Source: Verrucomicrobiota bacterium (lineage in GTDB: Bacteria > Verrucomicrobiota > Verrucomicrobiia > Limisphaerales > AAA164-E04). Taken from it: a stretch of DNA of 64,000 nt. The stretch is from positions 5,216,001 to 5,280,000 of the forward strand of contig CP170459.1 of the NCBI GenBank assembly GCA_047947115.1. The letters are read 5' to 3'. The translations under genes and the position numbers were made by a program. Every line of letters begins with the position of its first letter. Positions within the stretch are counted from its first letter, which is position 1. The notes beneath the pieces were generated by a model. That model saw nothing but the letters and a program-made list of their open reading frames with translations. It did no database searches and was not told the origin of the DNA. This document shows, piece by piece, positions 60,281 to 64,000 of this stretch.

Positions 60281-62554
60281 TTGGGAATGCACCTTCGAAC
60301 ATCGCAAAAACCTGATTGGCACCCCTTGAACAGCAGTGTCTCAATTGTCTTATTCATATGGATATTCATGACTTGCACGTCCGTTTCAACAACGAACGGA
60401 GCAACACCCCCCACCACCCCATCCTCCAGATATTTCGTCGATGTTGAGCGCTATCGTTTCAGTTGGCCGGACTTGAACAATCCTGCCTTTTATCCCATCC
60501 CGCAGGAACCGGTGACCAGGGACAGCTACCTGAAAGCCATCGAAGAAACCAATCCTGCCGAACTCGTCAAAAACCCAAAGCACGGCATGAACGGGCCAAG
60601 GGCCTTCATGCCGATTCTGGTCAAATACGTGGAGACCGGGGATTCCAAATGGAGCGATGGCATCCGGGAGATGTTTCATTCCTTCCATCAGGAAATGCAA
60701 AACATCGTCGCGGAAAAACAATGGTTCTGGCAATTCGAGGATCCCGCCGTGTTGATCCCCATTTACCGCAAACATCTGGTGGAGGGAGGCGCCATTTCGG
60801 AAGATACCGAATGGTTCCGCGACATGTGGCTTTATTATTGCCGCAACCTGCATGTATGGGATTCCAAAACCACTGAATGGCGGGGCGGCTGCCACCGCTC
60901 CATGCCCGAAGCCATGTCCAAAGGTCTCGCCGCCCGTTGGTATCCCGACATACCGGAGGCCGACCACTGGAAACGTTATTCGGAACGGGTGTTTCATGAT
61001 TTCTGGAAGGTCAAAGATGCGCCTCAAAACGACACCGGTTACATGATGGGGCCTCTGATTGTATTGATTTGCGGTGGGGATCAATGGACGCAGGATGATC
61101 GGGTTTATACCGATCCGGACATGAAGCGCCTATGGGATCGATTGCTCGTCGAGATCACACCGGACGGCGCGATCAATCCTTACGGCCCCAACGGAGGATG
61201 GAACAGCACCGCCGATTACCGCGTCGCCATGTTGGAACGCGTGGCGGCCAGGACCGGGGACGGTCGTTACCGTTATGGCGCCCACAAACTCTTCAACTAT
61301 CTCCGTTACCAGATGCCGGGCAACAAACCCGGTTCGGTGGCATCCAATCACTGGACCACCTGGCTCATGGCGCTGGCCTGGCTGTTTGCCGACGAATCGG
61401 TTGAACCCGTCCAACCCGAGGCCGGCTCGCTTTGGAATCAACGCATGGAAGCCGCCCGCATCCCCCATACCGACAAGAAACTCACCGAACGATTGCTCGG
61501 TCACGCCGATCCGAGGGAAGATTTCGGTCACATCTGCTGCAGTTGGCACATGACAGGTCATGTATGGCCCGACAAACTCGTATTGCGGAGCGGATGGAAT
61601 CGGGGCGATCTGTTTGCTTTAATCGAACTCCACCCAACCAGCTTCCCGTCCAATCCCGGAGGCATCATGGGCATGAACCGTTGGGGAGCACCTTTCACGC
61701 AGATCGCGACCAGCAAGGGAGCGTCGGTTGAGAACCGCCTGCTTATCGAAGACCTGCATCAACAAACCACGAAGCGACTGCACCCGGACAAATTGCGCAT
61801 CGATGAATTCTGGAGGGCCGGGGCCATGCCGGACATACAGTCTGAAGTCGTCCATTTCGAAGATACCAAGGAAGCCACCTATGCCACCGTTCGGGTGAAA
61901 AACATGGATGGTCTACCCGTCGTTTATGAACGTTCCTTCGTCTTTGCAAAAAACCGATTCCTGGCAACGCGCGAACAGGTGACCTTTGAAGCATCCTTTG
62001 AAGCCAGAGTCGCTCCCACCTGGAACACCCAAAACATTGGTCCGCAAATCGGCAATCACTGGGCCAACACCTTTGTCAGCCACCCGGTCGGGGACAACGG
62101 ACGTCAAAGCATGCCCACACCGCCCGTGGACCTCCTGGTCTGGCACGCCCCGAAAACGGATCGTCAATTGCAAAGCGTAAACCGACTGGAAGACGATCCA
62201 CGCGCGGAAGTCTCCCCCAATCAACTCCGGTATGTGTGGGAAGGAAAACCCCAAAAAGGAGAAACCCTTGTCTTCACCCAGGTCTATTACCCCCACCTTC
62301 CCTATCGATCACGCCCGACCTCCAACAATCCAAACCCAAACAGCAAGGCCGACTACGCCAATCAACTACAAGCAACCGCCCACGCCTCCGGCATTCAAGT
62401 GCTCCGCGACGATCAGGAAGCAAGCGTGTTGAAGTTGAACCTGGAATCGGACATGACAGAATGGGTGTGGTTCAATCCTTCCAAGGAAGATCTCACCATG
62501 GAATCGTTCACCAGCAACAGACCCTATGGATACATCAAGCAAACCACCCCATGA
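60281..62554 (+). CDS. Large secreted hypothetical protein (Trp-rich, helical N-half, beta-rich C-half)
   Basis: 757-aa ORF with a hydrophobic leader; LVLRSGW loosely recalls heparinase II/III-like lyases. The start is uncertain. Confidence 0.7.
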   Translation: MGMHLRTSQKPDWHPLNSSVSIVLFIWIFMTCTSVSTTNGATPPTTPSSRYFVDVERYRFSWPDLNNPAFYPIPQEPVTRDSYLKAIEETNPAELVKNPKHGMNGPRAFMPILVKYVETGDSKWSDGIREMFHSFHQEMQNIVAEKQWFWQFEDPAVLIPIYRKHLVEGGAISEDTEWFRDMWLYYCRNLHVWDSKTTEWRGGCHRSMPEAMSKGLAARWYPDIPEADHWKRYSERVFHDFWKVKDAPQNDTGYMMGPLIVLICGGDQWTQDDRVYTDPDMKRLWDRLLVEITPDGAINPYGPNGGWNSTADYRVAMLERVAARTGDGRYRYGAHKLFNYLRYQMPGNKPGSVASNHWTTWLMALAWLFADESVEPVQPEAGSLWNQRMEAARIPHTDKKLTERLLGHADPREDFGHICCSWHMTGHVWPDKLVLRSGWNRGDLFALIELHPTSFPSNPGGIMGMNRWGAPFTQIATSKGASVENRLLIEDLHQQTTKRLHPDKLRIDEFWRAGAMPDIQSEVVHFEDTKEATYATVRVKNMDGLPVVYERSFVFAKNRFLATREQVTFEASFEARVAPTWNTQNIGPQIGNHWANTFVSHPVGDNGRQSMPTPPVDLLVWHAPKTDRQLQSVNRLEDDPRAEVSPNQLRYVWEGKPQKGETLVFTQVYYPHLPYRSRPTSNNPNPNSKADYANQLQATAHASGIQVLRDDQEASVLKLNLESDMTEWVWFNPSKEDLTMESFTSNRPYGYIKQTTP

Positions 62555-62635
62555 AATCAATCATCCATGACATTATCCATTGATCCGGATTGGCCTATGT
62601 GGGATGATTCCGTTCGATTGATCTGATCAAATCAT

Positions 62636-63352
62636 ATGAAAAAAATCCAAGTAGCATTGAAATGGACGTGGGTGATGGGAATCGCCTTATCGGTATTGGG
62701 TTCCACCATGCAAATGGAAGCCCAGAAGGATAAAAACAACCGCTTGACCAAAAAGGAACGGGAAGCCGGTTGGAAGTTGCTGTTCAACGGCAAAAACCTG
62801 AACAAGTGGCGCAACTTCAAGAAAGAATCGCTGAGCGATGGTTGGCAGATTCAGGACGGCACTTTTGTTCGCGCCAAAGGAGGCGCCGGAGACATCGTCA
62901 CCAAACGTCAGTACGATGCCTTCGAACTCCAACTGGATTATAAGATCTCAAAAGGTGGCAACAGCGGACTGATGTATCACGTGAAGGAAAATGCCAACGC
63001 CCCTTGGCACACCGGTCCGGAAATCCAGATTCAGGACAATGTGGATGGACATGATCCCCAGAAAGCCGGTTGGCTCTACCAGCTCTATAGCTCCGATACC
63101 GACGCCACCAAGCCTGCCGGAGAATGGAACACATTACGTGTCCTGATCACTCCCGAGAAATGCGAGCAGTACATGAACGGCGTCAAGTATTGTGAATACG
63201 TCAAAGGAAGCAAGGACTGGAATGAGCGTGTCGCCAAAAGCAAGTTCAAGGATATGCCCGACTTTGGCAAACCCACCAAAGGATTCATCTGTTTGCAGGA
63301 TCACGGAAACGAAGTGGCCTTTCGCAACGTGAAGATCCGCGAGATCAAATAA
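62636..63352 (+). CDS. DUF1080 (3-keto-disaccharide hydrolase family) protein
   Basis: Signal peptide and motifs GWKLLFNGK, GGNSG, GPEIQIQD, GEWN and LQDHGNEVAFRNVKIR. Confidence 0.92.
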   Translation: MKKIQVALKWTWVMGIALSVLGSTMQMEAQKDKNNRLTKKEREAGWKLLFNGKNLNKWRNFKKESLSDGWQIQDGTFVRAKGGAGDIVTKRQYDAFELQLDYKISKGGNSGLMYHVKENANAPWHTGPEIQIQDNVDGHDPQKAGWLYQLYSSDTDATKPAGEWNTLRVLITPEKCEQYMNGVKYCEYVKGSKDWNERVAKSKFKDMPDFGKPTKGFICLQDHGNEVAFRNVKIREIK

Positions 63353-63434
63353 GCGATCATTTTGGGTTTGATCCTCTCTATATCCACAGATGTCTCAGAT
63401 TTTCACAGATGTTTTAGGAGAAAGCCTGTGCATT

Positions 63435-63730
63435 CAGGGCCGCGAGCGCGTCAGGGTGAAGGGATGGTTGATGCGATATTCGGACGGGCCTCCGGACGCG
63501 CAGTCCCGATCATATCGGGATCCCTACCAAAGCAGGGCTTTCGCCCCGCCGGTAGGGCCCTGCTGCCGCAGGGCCGCGAGCGCGTCAACGTGTAGGAATG
63601 GTTGATGCGATATTCGGACGGGCCTCCGGACGCGCAGTCCCGATCATATCGGGATCCCTACCAGAGCAGGGCTTTCGCCCCGCCGGTAGGGCCCTGCTGC
63701 CGCAGGGCCGCGAGCGCGTCAGGGTAAAGG
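63435..63730. repeat. 134-bp tandem repeat (about 2.2 copies) of paired GTAG REPs, family C (BIME/REPIN-like)
   Basis: CAGGGCCGCGAGCGCGTCA starts at 63435, 63569 and 63703. The unit contains GGTAG-GGCCCTGC-TGCC-GCAGGGCC and the inverted TCCCGAT-CAT-ATCGGGA-TCCCTACC. Confidence 0.9.
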
Positions 63731-63791
63731 AAAGCCTATTGCGTTATGCGTAAACGTAGCGTCACGGACATCCCAAACAAATATGAACTCT

Positions 63792-63831
63792 AATGAAAAA
63801 CGCGGCTCCGAATGGAGCCGCGTTTTTCATT
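63792..63831. terminator. Bidirectional intrinsic terminator
   Basis: Perfect 18-bp inverted repeat AATGAAAAACGCGGCTCC-GAAT-GGAGCCGCGTTTTTCATT between convergent genes. Confidence 0.85.
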
Positions 63832-64000
63832 GTTCAGTAACCAGATCTTCTTCCTCAGGCTGATCCATTCCACGAATGAGATAAATGGGGCAATCCAGGT
63901 GTTGGAGCTGTTTGAGAAACTTCGCTTTCTTCAACCAATCCAAATCAGGAAGAATCAACGTGCCCGGACGAAAAGCCTGCAGGTAACCGGCAACGTTCAT
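63827..64000 (-). CDS. 3' end of a CDS running off the window, possibly universal-stress-protein-like
   Basis: Open frame ...GTLILPDLDWLKKAKFLKQLQHLDCPIYLIRGMDQPEEEDLVTEQ*. CPIYLIR resembles the USP C-terminal strand. Confidence 0.5.
   Translation of the reverse strand: MNVAGYLQAFRPGTLILPDLDWLKKAKFLKQLQHLDCPIYLIRGMDQPEEEDLVTEQ

Noticed and set aside
63435..63730. Possible CRISPR array
   Set aside because: The whole 134-bp unit repeats with no unique spacers, and no cas genes are present; it is a REP-type tandem.

Overview
A gene-dense bacterial chromosomal window in standard code 11. It is most likely PVC superphylum, Verrucomicrobiota-like; this is inferred from the DUF1501/DUF1549/DUF1553 genes, Cys-type sulfatases, FG-GAP/ASPIC protein and DUF5069 protein. 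It holds about 45 CDSs. Housekeeping genes include obgE, argA, aroC, uvrA, apgM and a UbiB/ABC1 kinase. Sugar-acid and sulfated-glycan genes include an HpcH aldolase, 2 sulfatases, isomerase-like proteins, a ROK protein, a mannonate-type SDR next to a LarA-family nickel racemase/epimerase, a PQQ sugar dehydrogenase and DUF1080. There are also several c-type cytochromes and large secreted multidomain proteins. I recognised no rRNA, tRNA, CRISPR array, transposase or prophage. Three signals stand out. (1) A 1244-codon FG-GAP/ASPIC gene is broken by a single in-frame TGA at 49886-49888; the TGA sits in a small hairpin loop and is followed by 46 codons with anomalous wobble usage. (2) At least three families of GTAG-type REP/REPIN palindromic elements occur, including a ~210-bp rod-folding element whose length and stems are conserved while its interior diverges; two copies bracket a sulfatase gene. 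Dispersed 7-mer and 9-mer periodic repeats also occur. (3) The SDR plus LarA-homolog pair suggests a nickel-pincer epimerase route for hexuronate catabolism. All protein calls come from motif recognition by eye; no database searches were run.
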